Notes under the pieces: generated by a model
Told to the model about the DNA's origin: nothing
What the model saw: only the letters and a program-made list of their open reading frames with translations
Databases searched by the model: none
Translations under genes and position numbers: made by a program
In this document: positions 48,600 through 57,909 of the stretch, in pieces
Numbering within the stretch: position 1 is the stretch's first letter
Layout: every line of letters begins with the position of its first letter
NCBI GenBank assembly: GCA_965249725.1
Contig: OZ252251.1
Location: 416,001-480,000, forward strand
DNA: 64,000 nucleotides
Reading direction: 5' to 3'
Source of the DNA: Longimicrobiales bacterium
GTDB taxonomy: Bacteria; Gemmatimonadota; Gemmatimonadetes; Longimicrobiales; Gaopeijiaceae

Positions 48600-49361
48600 A
48601 TGATCCGCGTCGCCATCTCTGGAATCCCCGGTCGCCTCGCGACCGCGACCGCGGCAGCAATAGCCGCCGCTGACGATCTCGACCTCGTTGCGCTCTACAA
48701 CCCGAATCGCGGCGGTGAGGCGTTCAACGGAATCCCGATCTCTACGAATCACGATGAGATCGACTGTGACGTCGTATTCGAATCGACAGAACCGACTGTT
48801 GTGATGAGCAACCTCCGGGCATGGCGCGAGGCGGGACTTCACGCTGTCGTCGGCACGTCCGGCTTTACGCGGGAGCGCCTCGACGAAGTCCGTTCGTTTT
48901 GGGGTGAGGATGGCCCCGGGTGCCTGATTGGGCCCAATTTCTCGATCGGAGCCGTGCTGATGATGCGGTTCGCCGAACTGGCCGCGCCCCACTTCTCGGG
49001 CATCGAGGTGGTGGAACGACACCACCACGACAAGCCCGATGCCCCCTCCGGGACCGCCATCGCGACCGCAGCCAGGATCGCTGCGGCTGGCGGTTCGTCC
49101 CATGAAGAGTCGTCAGAACTCGTGGCCGGCTCACGTGGAGCGACGGTGGAGGGCGTTCGTGTCCATTCACTTCGGCTCGAGGCGACCCTCTCGAACCAAG
49201 AGGTGGCAATGAGCAAGAGTGGCGAACTGCTGTCGATTCACCATGTCGGCACCGAGTACGCTTCGTTCGCTGACGGTGCTCTTCTTGCCATCCGGCATGT
49301 CGCGGACACCAAAGGTGTGACGGTGGGTCTCGACGCCGCCATCGAGTCCGCGGCGCCGTAG
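48600..49361 (+). CDS. dapB: 4-hydroxy-tetrahydrodipicolinate reductase (divergent)
   Basis: VVGTSG, PNFSIGA, ERHHHDKPDAPSGTA, HSLRL. Confidence 0.85.
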   Translation: MIRVAISGIPGRLATATAAAIAAADDLDLVALYNPNRGGEAFNGIPISTNHDEIDCDVVFESTEPTVVMSNLRAWREAGLHAVVGTSGFTRERLDEVRSFWGEDGPGCLIGPNFSIGAVLMMRFAELAAPHFSGIEVVERHHHDKPDAPSGTAIATAARIAAAGGSSHEESSELVAGSRGATVEGVRVHSLRLEATLSNQEVAMSKSGELLSIHHVGTEYASFADGALLAIRHVADTKGVTVGLDAAIESAAP

Positions 49362-49550
49362 CCGAGTGGGTTGCAGAGGGGAGAATCACGCGGATCAGGA
49401 ACCCGACCAACTACGCGAAACGCGTATACCCATAACGGCGGCGCCCGCGCCGTCCCTTGCGAGAAGGGGTGGTGCGGGCCCAACCTGTCCGTCCCAACGA
49501 GTTGGGTGAAGTGTTCGTGTCGGAGTCGTTTCCGCTAGCCGGTTGATCCA

Positions 49551-50432
49551 ATGGCCGCTCTCGAAAAGACCGCCGAAGCCCAGGGCCTCGGCCGCAAGCC
49601 CGTCGACGATCAGGTCGACTTCTACGGGCTGACCCACCAGGGATTGGTCCGTAAGGAAAACCAGGACCACTTCCTCGTCTCATCGCTTCACAAGCGTATG
49701 GAAGTGCACCTGACCAGCCTGCCCAATGCGAGCCGGCTGTATGTGCAGGCCGAACGTCTCGCGTTTCTGGCCATGGTCGCCGACGGGGTCGGTGGGGGAC
49801 CTGGCGGTGAGGCCGCGAGCCGGAGGGCGCTGGAGGCCGTGAGCCAATACGCGGCCCAGAGCATGGACTGCTACTACACGGCCGACCCCACGGACGATCA
49901 GGCGTTCACCCAGGCTCTGGCCGACGCGGCGCTGCACTGCCACGCCGACGTGCGTGAACGCTCGGACGCCGAGCCGGGCGAGGGAATGGCGACGACGCTC
50001 ACGCTCATGCTCTTCGTGTGGCCCCGTGCCTACCTGCTTCAGGTGGGGGACAGCCGCTACTACCTACTCCGCGACGACGAGCTGACTCAGATCTCCCGAG
50101 ATCAGACGCTGGCCCAAGTGCTCGTGGACGACGGCGTGTTCTCGAGAAGTGAGGCATCCAAGTCTCCGCTCGCGCACGTCCTGTCGAGCGCCATTGGCGG
50201 TTCCGAGACCTCACCCGTAGTGACCGGCATCGATCAGGGTTGGGGTCACGTCCATATGCTTTGCAGCGATGGTCTGACCAAGCACGTTTCGGACGAGCGG
50301 ATTGCGGAACGGCTCCGGTCCATGACGTCGGCCCAACAGGTGTGTGAGGATCTCCTACAGGACGCGCTCGACGATGGAGGTAGTGACAACATCACGCTCA
50401 TCGTGTGCCGGGCGGTGCGCGACGGCGGGTAA
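49551..50432 (+). CDS. PP2C/PPM Ser/Thr protein phosphatase
   Basis: RKENQD, ADGVGG, VGDSR, CSDGL, DNIT. Confidence 0.93.
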   Translation: MAALEKTAEAQGLGRKPVDDQVDFYGLTHQGLVRKENQDHFLVSSLHKRMEVHLTSLPNASRLYVQAERLAFLAMVADGVGGGPGGEAASRRALEAVSQYAAQSMDCYYTADPTDDQAFTQALADAALHCHADVRERSDAEPGEGMATTLTLMLFVWPRAYLLQVGDSRYYLLRDDELTQISRDQTLAQVLVDDGVFSRSEASKSPLAHVLSSAIGGSETSPVVTGIDQGWGHVHMLCSDGLTKHVSDERIAERLRSMTSAQQVCEDLLQDALDDGGSDNITLIVCRAVRDGG

Positions 50433-50486
50433 GGGTGGGGTCTTCAAGCTGCCACGGCCCGTAGCCGGGGCGACCGCGCTTCACGC

Positions 50487-51731
50487 TCAGCGCGACGGCG
50501 CACCGCCATCCCAGGTACCTGACGATAGCGGTCGTGGAGCGGGTACACTCTCGTTTTCGCGGTCGGGGACGTTCTTGCCCGCGTTGTTGCCCTCGTTGAT
50601 CCGCGAATCGGGTTCCACGAGGAACGAATCTGGCACGAAGGTCGCCCAGGCGAACCAAAAGGACACATAGGCCTCGGCGACCTGCCGCAGCCTCATGCCT
50701 TCCAACGGTCCCGCGATGGCGGCACCCTCGAACGACCACTCGCTGCCCGTGTCCTCGTCGAAGAAGCGCCCATCCACGAAGCGGTTCAGACGGAAGAAGC
50801 TGAGAGGTTGACCGTTCACCGTCGACTCGTAGACCACCGCGGCCTTCAGCTCCGCATCCCAAAAGAGGACGACGGGTCGACCCTCGGCCTCCCACTGGAA
50901 GATCTCTCGTGTCCCGAGGCCCTGAAGGCTCTTGAACGGAAAAGCGATTCCTCCCCCTCCCGGGTAGGGAAGACCGATCACGCGGTCCTTCGGGGGACGT
51001 CTCGCGTCGAATTCCCCTTGGGGGAAGTAGGTGAGAAAGTTGTGGACACCCGCATAGTCTCCGTATGGATACGTGGTGTAGTCGTACGACCGGCCCGTCT
51101 GACTCGAAACCACGCGGGTGTCCGGATGCAGGGCCAACCATCCCGCCCACTCGATGTCGATCGCGGGGTAGGGGGCGAGCGTCGGAGCACTGCCGGGGGT
51201 TCCACAAAGGGCTGCGGGGGCCATCTGTGGCCAAAGTGAGCCTGCCTGCCCATTCCGGTTGGTGTCGACCATGACGAGGCTGTTTTGGAGCACATTGTCG
51301 GAGACTCCGATCTCCGCCCCACCGACGGATCGCCGGTCGAAGACCATGCTGGAGCCACTCAAAGGTGAGTAGGTCACGGCCAGGGGTACGCCGGCGACCT
51401 CCAGGTTCACGATCTCGTGCCACCAGAGGATGTTGTACGGAACGGCCACGAACTCTCCGTTCGTCTCGAAGCCGATCACCCTGTCCGTAGCCTCGAGATA
51501 TTGTGCCGCGGGATCGAGGCCTCCGATCAACTGCGGATTGACGAGGGCCGCGATGTCCGCCCTCGCCTCGCCGCCGGGTACCAACATGTCGTCGAGGCAC
51601 TGCTGGCCTGCGTTACCCGCGGATTGGAACGGATCGGAGGGCCCTCCGTCGCCCGAGCATGCGGTGAGCGCGACCAGGAAGGCGACAAGCCCGACGCGGA
51701 GCGGCTTTTCGAGGATCATGTATCGCGTCAT
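50487..51731 (-). CDS. DUF3179 domain lipoprotein
   Basis: Lipobox LTAC, HEIVN, VTYSPLSGS, SLWPQM, DEDTGSEW, FWFAW. Confidence 0.85.
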   Translation of the reverse strand: MTRYMILEKPLRVGLVAFLVALTACSGDGGPSDPFQSAGNAGQQCLDDMLVPGGEARADIAALVNPQLIGGLDPAAQYLEATDRVIGFETNGEFVAVPYNILWWHEIVNLEVAGVPLAVTYSPLSGSSMVFDRRSVGGAEIGVSDNVLQNSLVMVDTNRNGQAGSLWPQMAPAALCGTPGSAPTLAPYPAIDIEWAGWLALHPDTRVVSSQTGRSYDYTTYPYGDYAGVHNFLTYFPQGEFDARRPPKDRVIGLPYPGGGGIAFPFKSLQGLGTREIFQWEAEGRPVVLFWDAELKAAVVYESTVNGQPLSFFRLNRFVDGRFFDEDTGSEWSFEGAAIAGPLEGMRLRQVAEAYVSFWFAWATFVPDSFLVEPDSRINEGNNAGKNVPDRENESVPAPRPLSSGTWDGGAPSR

Positions 51732-51826
51732 AAATAGGCCAATCACGAGTCGTCACCTGGGCTGTGAGGCGCGGCAACTACGAAACGCTCGGCCCTTCCC
51801 GGAAGTTCCACGCACGGGTACCGCGA

Positions 51827-51854
51827 TGGTATCGTGGTATCGTGGTATCGTGGT
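51827..51854. repeat. 8-bp tandem repeat x3.5 (tggtatcg)
   Basis: Directly visible, intergenic. Confidence 0.85.
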
Positions 51855-51879
51855 GGCGGCTCCGAGCGGCCCGGACCCC

Positions 51880-53907
51880 TCAAACCGGCGGGAGTCGGAG
51901 CGGGCCCTTGGCCGCCCCGGCCGGATGCTCCTTCGTGTAGAGGCTCAGGTAAAGTCGGCCTTCCCAAAGCGCGTCGAGTTCCGGCCCGCGCAAAGTAACG
52001 CTCCCGGTGGCAGAGGCTGCTCCGGCACCTGACAGCATATGGATCACGGGTCCGACGGGTGTGTCCGCAGCGCGATGAAGATCGACCGCGTGAATCTCGC
52101 CCGCCGGCAAGCCGGTGACGTCGAGATCGTACGACAAGACCCCGGTGGGCAGGTCGAGCACGAACCGTGCCCTGAGTCGAGCCACCGGCCCGTCCGCGAT
52201 GAGGGCGAAGCTTACGGGGGCGGGAGCCAAACCGTCCTCTAGGGGCGGGGTGCTGAACGGTGCTCGGCGAGGTGATGTTGCCTGCTCGTACGCGAATCCG
52301 AGCGCGAGCAGCTGTGCATCGGCGAAGGGCCGGCCCAGCAGTTCGAGCCCCGCCGGGAGACCACTGAGGGTGAACCCCGCCGGGATGCTGAAGGCCGGAA
52401 GCCCCGCCGACGCGCTCAACTGGCAGTTGCTGCCCATTTGGAGATCGCCGATCTGTGCGGGTGGCCGGCGCATGGTCGGATAGATCAGGGCGTCGAGTCG
52501 CTCGTCGTCCATCGCGGTCACCACGGCGTCTCTGACCATCTCCCGCTTGGCCAAGGCCTCACGGTACTCTTCGCTGTCCCGGGACTCCGGGGCATTACGT
52601 AGACTGAACCTGCTCTCCAGGGCGGCGTGATAGAGACCTTGGTCGAGGATGTCCTGCAACGACCCCACCGCCGCACCAGGCGTCGCCGCCAGGTAGTCGA
52701 TCAGGTCCCACTTGAACTCGTGCGCGATGACGCTCGAGTTGGCGAGAAGGTCTTCTAGGTCAGGGATGATTACGTCGATGACGTCGGCGCCCGCGTCGAA
52801 CATCTGCGCGATGGCGGTTCGGATCACGCCGCCCATCTCCTGATCCTCGGGGGCGTCTCCGAACATGTTCGTCAGCACGCCCAGCCGCACTCCCTCGAAG
52901 GTGGCCGTCCCCAGCGAGTCGGCGAACCGGGGAAGCCGGCGACCGCGGAGCGACGCGGTGGCCGGGTCCGCGAGATCCATGCCGATGGTTGCGTCGAGAG
53001 CGATGGCCAGGTCCGTCACGGTCCGGGCCAGCGGCCCCGCCACGTCCTGCGTGTGCGAAAGTGGGATGATGCCGTCGATGCTGGACAACCCCTTCGTGGG
53101 CCTGAGACCGAACAAGTTGTTCTGCGACGCCGGGATGCGAATGGATCCACAGGTGTCCGTGCCCCATCCGATCGCCGCGAAGCTCGCCGCTACGGCCGCT
53201 CCGGTGCCCCCGCTGGAGCCGCCCGGATAACGCGACAGGTCGTACGGATTGAGCGTCTGTCCTCCCAGTGAGCTGATGGTCGTGATCCCGGCCGCCAACT
53301 CGTGGAGGTTGGACTTGCCCACGATGATCGCGCCTGATTCACGCAGCTTGCGGACCTGGAAGGCATCGTCGGGGGGAACGAGTCCGGCGAGAGCCACCGA
53401 TCCCCCGGTGGTCGGCATATCGGCCGTGTCGTAGTTGTCCTTCAAGATGATGGGGATGCCGTGGAGCGGGCCACGCACCGCTCCCGACGCCCGCTCTCGG
53501 TCTCGAGCCCGAGCATCGGAGTGGGCGTTGGGGTTCAGGCGGATCATCGCGTTGAGGCGGGGTCCCTGCTGGTCGTATGCGGCGATCCTGGCCAGGTAGG
53601 CATCCAGGAGGTCCACCGCCGTCGCACGTCCGGAGGCCATCGCCTCCTGCAGCTCCGGAATCGTCGCCTCCACCACGTTGAACTGACCGGTCCCGGCCAT
53701 GCGGCCGGCCAGGAATCCGTTTTGGCCCGACGCGCACAACGGTGACAGCGCCAACAAGAGGAGCGGCATCGTGAGCCACAGGAGACTGGTGGAGAAGCTC
53801 GTCGAGGAGCCCGGCGAGGGGCCCGGCGAGGAGCCCGGCGAGGAGCCCGGCGAGGGGTCCAGGGAGCGACCCTTGGGGCACCCTGCTGAGCAGCTAGAAA
53901 AATCCAT
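51880..53907 (-). CDS. Exported amidase-signature enzyme with a C-terminal CHRD domain (start uncertain, 53769-53907)
   Basis: LKDN, GGSSGG, GTDTCGSIRIPAS. C-terminus LSYDL..LH..GPVI..LYLSLYT..HPAG. Confidence 0.88.
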   Translation of the reverse strand: MDFSSCSAGCPKGRSLDPSPGSSPGSSPGPSPGSSTSFSTSLLWLTMPLLLLALSPLCASGQNGFLAGRMAGTGQFNVVEATIPELQEAMASGRATAVDLLDAYLARIAAYDQQGPRLNAMIRLNPNAHSDARARDRERASGAVRGPLHGIPIILKDNYDTADMPTTGGSVALAGLVPPDDAFQVRKLRESGAIIVGKSNLHELAAGITTISSLGGQTLNPYDLSRYPGGSSGGTGAAVAASFAAIGWGTDTCGSIRIPASQNNLFGLRPTKGLSSIDGIIPLSHTQDVAGPLARTVTDLAIALDATIGMDLADPATASLRGRRLPRFADSLGTATFEGVRLGVLTNMFGDAPEDQEMGGVIRTAIAQMFDAGADVIDVIIPDLEDLLANSSVIAHEFKWDLIDYLAATPGAAVGSLQDILDQGLYHAALESRFSLRNAPESRDSEEYREALAKREMVRDAVVTAMDDERLDALIYPTMRRPPAQIGDLQMGSNCQLSASAGLPAFSIPAGFTLSGLPAGLELLGRPFADAQLLALGFAYEQATSPRRAPFSTPPLEDGLAPAPVSFALIADGPVARLRARFVLDLPTGVLSYDLDVTGLPAGEIHAVDLHRAADTPVGPVIHMLSGAGAASATGSVTLRGPELDALWEGRLYLSLYTKEHPAGAAKGPLRLPPV
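53803..53858. repeat. 12-bp tandem repeat x4 (cgaggagcccgg)
   Basis: Encodes PSPG SSPG SSPG PSPG in the amidase leader. Confidence 0.9.
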
Positions 53908-53960
53908 CCGTGAAGATCCCCTGAGTGACGTGTACCCACAAGAGAAGGCGCTCCCACGAC

Positions 53961-53977
53961 TTGGCACGTGTCCTGCA
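53961..53977 (+). promoter_or_regulatory. Putative sigma54 promoter
   Basis: TTGGCACGTGTCCTGCA versus consensus TGGCAC-N5-TTGC(A/T), one mismatch. About 90 bp upstream of the DUF4382 gene. Confidence 0.55.
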
Positions 53978-54069
53978 TCCCTTGGACTTCGGCAGCGACC
54001 GGGTCCTGTGATCGCAGATCGTGTTACGCCGCCCTTTTCACGCTGGATTACACAGCGGAGCGGGCCGTT

Positions 54070-54696
54070 ATGCGATTGGCACATTTTTCCGGATCCCGTA
54101 CAGAAGTAACGATTCTAGTCATTGCGGGGTTCCTCGGCCTCGGCACTGGTGCGTGCAGCGACGAACCCACGGGTGTCCACCTGTCCAGCGTTCGGGTCCT
54201 TCTCACAGGCACTCCGTCCGACGTCATCGCAAGCGCGGACGTTTGGATCTCGAGGGTCTACCTGGAGAGCGACGATGACCTGCCTGGCGGTGGGGTCGTC
54301 GATCTCTTCAACGATCCCGACAGCCCCCAACGGTACGATCTCCTCACCCTTCGCGATGGCGTCACTGCCGACCTCACCGATGTGGTCGATGTAGACGTGG
54401 GGCTCTATGGCACGCTGCGGTTGGTCGTGGACAGCGCACGGGTGACTCTGGTGGAGGGCTTGTCGTTCGAGGACGGCACCGAAGCCTCCACGCTCCGCGC
54501 GCCCGGCGGGAGCACGAGTGGCATCAAGGTGCTCCTGGACTACGACCTCGAGACGGTGGAGGGTGAGATCACCACCGTGACGGTCGACTTCGACGTGGAC
54601 GAGAACTTCGTCATCCAAGGGAACCACGCTCCGAGGGGAGTGCGACGGGTCCTGTTCACGCCGCTCTTGAGGGAGTTCGCCCGTTACAGGACCTGA
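54070..54696 (+). CDS. DUF4382 domain lipoprotein
   Basis: Lipobox TGAC, VLLT..P, DLLTL, Y..LRL, SGIKV, VDFDV..F. Confidence 0.82.
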   Translation: MRLAHFSGSRTEVTILVIAGFLGLGTGACSDEPTGVHLSSVRVLLTGTPSDVIASADVWISRVYLESDDDLPGGGVVDLFNDPDSPQRYDLLTLRDGVTADLTDVVDVDVGLYGTLRLVVDSARVTLVEGLSFEDGTEASTLRAPGGSTSGIKVLLDYDLETVEGEITTVTVDFDVDENFVIQGNHAPRGVRRVLFTPLLREFARYRT

Positions 54697-54810
54697 ACGC
54701 GGGCCCCTGAACCGGTTGCGTGGATCCCTTATGGGGGGGCGAGGCGTTTAACGAGAGGATGCGAACCGGCATCCATTCGCTAAGTACGTGTCGATTCCAG
54801 AAGGACTGCC

Positions 54811-56922
54811 GTGATCCGCTTCACTCCGCCGCTCCCGATTCCGAGATCTTCGACTCAGCCGCAAGCACATACGGCTCTTTCGATCGCGTACCAGCGATCG
54901 CGGCTTCTTGTATGGCTCACCCTGACGGGTGCGCTTGCCCCATTCACCCGACCGCTGGCGGGGCAGTACGCGCCGCCCAGCGTCGCCGATTCCATGGAGC
55001 TTCTGGAGGACGCGAAGGACGTCCAGGCTCGTTACGAGCGCTATCGAGAGCAGCGCACCCCCCCTGCTCTCGCCGACCTGAGTCGCCGGTGCGACGACAT
55101 CGTCGGGCGCTTCTGTTCCCGGTTTCCGGACCACATGGACGCGGACGAATGGCGGGCCCCGGAGGAGTTGCCGGAGCTCGAGCTGGCTCGGACCCGGGTG
55201 CTCAAGGATCTCGGTGAAATCGCCCAGGAGATTCCGGGTGATCTTTGGATTCTGGGCCAGCGGGTCTACTACCTGATCGACAAGGGCGCCCTCGCGAGCG
55301 CCGCCGGTCTGGCCAGGAGGTGCGGGGGTCGTGCCCACTGGTGGTGCACGGCGCTGGCGGCCTATGTCCACCATGCCCGGGGGGCGTGGACCACGGCCGA
55401 CGAGGTGTTCGCACAGGCCCTGGCCGAGATGCCAGCCGACACCGCCGCCCGCTGGCGCGCTCCAGGGCATCTTCTCGAGGAGTCGGCGCTTGATATGTAC
55501 GAGAAGGCGGTGGACAAGGAGAGTGTAGAGCGGAACCTCTGGCTGCTTGCCGATCCCCTTTATCTGGTCGAGGGCAACGATCGTAAGACGGAGCAGTACG
55601 CTCGGCAGGTGCTCGTCCGGATGAGAGCCGAGGCCATCAACGGCACGGGCCTGGACTGGGATGAGGATCTGGAGGAGGTCACGCTCCGCTGGGGTCCGCC
55701 AGAGGCGTGGTCCCGCGAGCGTGAGTTGCCCACAGGGGACTCCCTGGTGGACAGCCGACGCATGGTGAGTCACCGGAGGGGACAGGCTTTCCTGCCGCCG
55801 GCGAAAGTCCTCGAAGATCCCTCGGAGGTGGCGCCGGCGGAATGGGTCTTGGGGGAGCGGGCGCGGATGGAACTTCGGCAGAAATCAGCGCTCGTGGATC
55901 CCATCAACAGCGGCAGCATGCTGGAGCGGGCTACCCAGAACAGTGACCTGTTCGGTGATTCCGCTGATCTGACCGCCATCTTCCGCGACGGCATCATCAG
56001 GTCCGGACCGCGCACCGGGTACACGGCGCCGTACGCGAAGGATTTCGGTCTTCTCGAAACCCAGGTCGCCCGCTTCAGGCGGGGCGACTCGCTCCTGGTG
56101 GCGGCGGCGTTCGCCCGCAAGGCTGCGGAGAAGCTGGATCCCGGCGCTCCACCGCCGGTCGCTCCGCGAAAGGAAGACGGTGTGGACCTGAGAGCGGCGC
56201 GCAACGAGAGCCGTTCGGACAAGCAGAAGAGAACGAACCCGTTCGGTGAAGTGCGTGAGGTACCCGTTCCGTTCATTGCCAAGGCGTCCGAGGAGCGCAT
56301 CCAGTCGGGGCTGTTCCTGATCGACTCCGAGAGCGGACAGCCGTTCGAGGTTCGGGGTGAGGGTGCCGGGGGCACCTTCCAGCTCAGGGCGCCCAACCGG
56401 CATTATGTCGTCGGATTAGAGGCGTTCAGCCCCGACGAACAGAAGGCCTGGCGAGATCGCCACGGTTTGTGGCAGGACCCGCTCGTGCCGGGGCTGGCGG
56501 CCATCTCGGACCTGCTGATCCTGGAGGGAGGTGGCGGACTCCCGACTTCGTTGGATGAGGCACTCCCAACGGCGCTACCCGCTGTAAGGATCGAGTCGGG
56601 CGATGGATTCAAGGTCGCGTGGGAGCTCTACGGGCTCAGGGTTGGCGAGTCGGCGAGCGTCCGGATCGGAGTGAACCGCGGTCGAAGCAGCATCGTGACC
56701 CGCCTGGGTGAGTTCTTACGTGTCGTCGAGCCGAACGAGCCCGTGGTCATGACCTGGGAGGAGGCCGGCCCCGACGTGCTCGGAACGGTGTTCCGCGCGG
56801 TGGAGCTGAATCTGCCCGACCTGGAGCCGGGCGACTACACGCTAACGGTGGAAATAGAACTCTCCGGTCGCGAGCCCATGATGGTCGCACGGCCCATCAG
56901 TATCGTGCCGGGGTCCGAGTAG
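54811..56922 (+). CDS. Large exported hypothetical protein with a GWxTD-like segment and a C-terminal beta-sandwich
   Basis: LWLLADPLYL..NDR.TE..AR...W..D...LRWGPP; AISDLL; LEPGDYTL. Confidence 0.7.
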   Translation: MIRFTPPLPIPRSSTQPQAHTALSIAYQRSRLLVWLTLTGALAPFTRPLAGQYAPPSVADSMELLEDAKDVQARYERYREQRTPPALADLSRRCDDIVGRFCSRFPDHMDADEWRAPEELPELELARTRVLKDLGEIAQEIPGDLWILGQRVYYLIDKGALASAAGLARRCGGRAHWWCTALAAYVHHARGAWTTADEVFAQALAEMPADTAARWRAPGHLLEESALDMYEKAVDKESVERNLWLLADPLYLVEGNDRKTEQYARQVLVRMRAEAINGTGLDWDEDLEEVTLRWGPPEAWSRERELPTGDSLVDSRRMVSHRRGQAFLPPAKVLEDPSEVAPAEWVLGERARMELRQKSALVDPINSGSMLERATQNSDLFGDSADLTAIFRDGIIRSGPRTGYTAPYAKDFGLLETQVARFRRGDSLLVAAAFARKAAEKLDPGAPPPVAPRKEDGVDLRAARNESRSDKQKRTNPFGEVREVPVPFIAKASEERIQSGLFLIDSESGQPFEVRGEGAGGTFQLRAPNRHYVVGLEAFSPDEQKAWRDRHGLWQDPLVPGLAAISDLLILEGGGGLPTSLDEALPTALPAVRIESGDGFKVAWELYGLRVGESASVRIGVNRGRSSIVTRLGEFLRVVEPNEPVVMTWEEAGPDVLGTVFRAVELNLPDLEPGDYTLTVEIELSGREPMMVARPISIVPGSE

Positions 56923-57057
56923 GTTCACCGGGCGACGGGGTTGCAGGTGAGACGATGAATGGGCACCCGTACGGGCCTGGATGATGATGGCGCCTGTCTC
57001 TCTTTGACGGTAAGTATCGGGGTTTGCTGCCTCGTACATCGCCATTGGGAGACCGCC

Positions 57058-57909
57058 ATGACACCGACGCTGCCGGGGTACGCCGCGATTGCGGGCGTGA
57101 TCCTGACCCTCGCCTTGGTCACCACCCGAATGCCGCGGCCCGCGATGTCGGGGCTCGACCCGAGGTCAGGGACCGCGTCGATCATTGAAACGAGAGACCA
57201 GGTGAAACCGAACAACATCGTCGAGCTCCTGAAGGACGGCCAAGCCGTGTTCGGCGTCTTCTCGGGCGACAAGACGGCGGAGCAGGGGGCCAAGATCGTA
57301 GAGAACCGGGAGACCGACTTCGTCTTCTACTCCCTCGAGACGGGCCCCTTCGACATTCCCGCCATGGAGGTCTACATGCGAGCCATGGTGGACGCTGGGG
57401 GTGACGATGCGCACCCCATCGTGCTCCGTATTCCACCCATCCGCGACGGCCGCGAGGTAGCGGGGCAACGGGTGGGGCGAGGTCTCGATGCGTGGGTCGA
57501 CGGGATCGTCTTTCCGCATGTGGAGACGGCGGCCGAAGCCGCCTTCGCGGTGAGTTCCATGGGCGACGAGCTGTGGCCGTCGAATCCCGAGGGGCGGTTG
57601 CTCAACATCCTGCTCATCGAGGACCAGATAGGGGTCGCGAACGCCCGTGAGATCGTGAGCACACCGGGTGTGGGTGTGGTGATTCCCGGACCTGGCGATC
57701 TTCGGCGGGCCTACGAGGGGGACGCCGGGGCCATCGAGGGCGCCATTCAGACCGTGCTGTCCGCCTGCAAGGAGTTCGACGTCCCGTGCGGCATCACGGC
57801 AGGGGCCGACGACATTGCGGAACGCCTCGATCAGGGCTTCCGGCTCATCATCGTCAACGGTGATGACGCTTTGGCCGTGGGAAGGCTCGCCGCGGGACGC
57901 GACGACTAG
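57058..57909 (+). CDS. HpcH/HpaI aldolase-citrate lyase family protein with an N-terminal hydrophobic segment
   Basis: VLRIP, GIVFPHVET, LLIED, GPGDL, CK...VPCGIT. Confidence 0.82.
   Translation: MTPTLPGYAAIAGVILTLALVTTRMPRPAMSGLDPRSGTASIIETRDQVKPNNIVELLKDGQAVFGVFSGDKTAEQGAKIVENRETDFVFYSLETGPFDIPAMEVYMRAMVDAGGDDAHPIVLRIPPIRDGREVAGQRVGRGLDAWVDGIVFPHVETAAEAAFAVSSMGDELWPSNPEGRLLNILLIEDQIGVANAREIVSTPGVGVVIPGPGDLRRAYEGDAGAIEGAIQTVLSACKEFDVPCGITAGADDIAERLDQGFRLIIVNGDDALAVGRLAAGRDD

Noticed and set aside
48511..53858. Short repeats as CRISPR arrays
   Set aside because: Units are 8-12 bp, directly adjacent, with no spacers and no cas genes.
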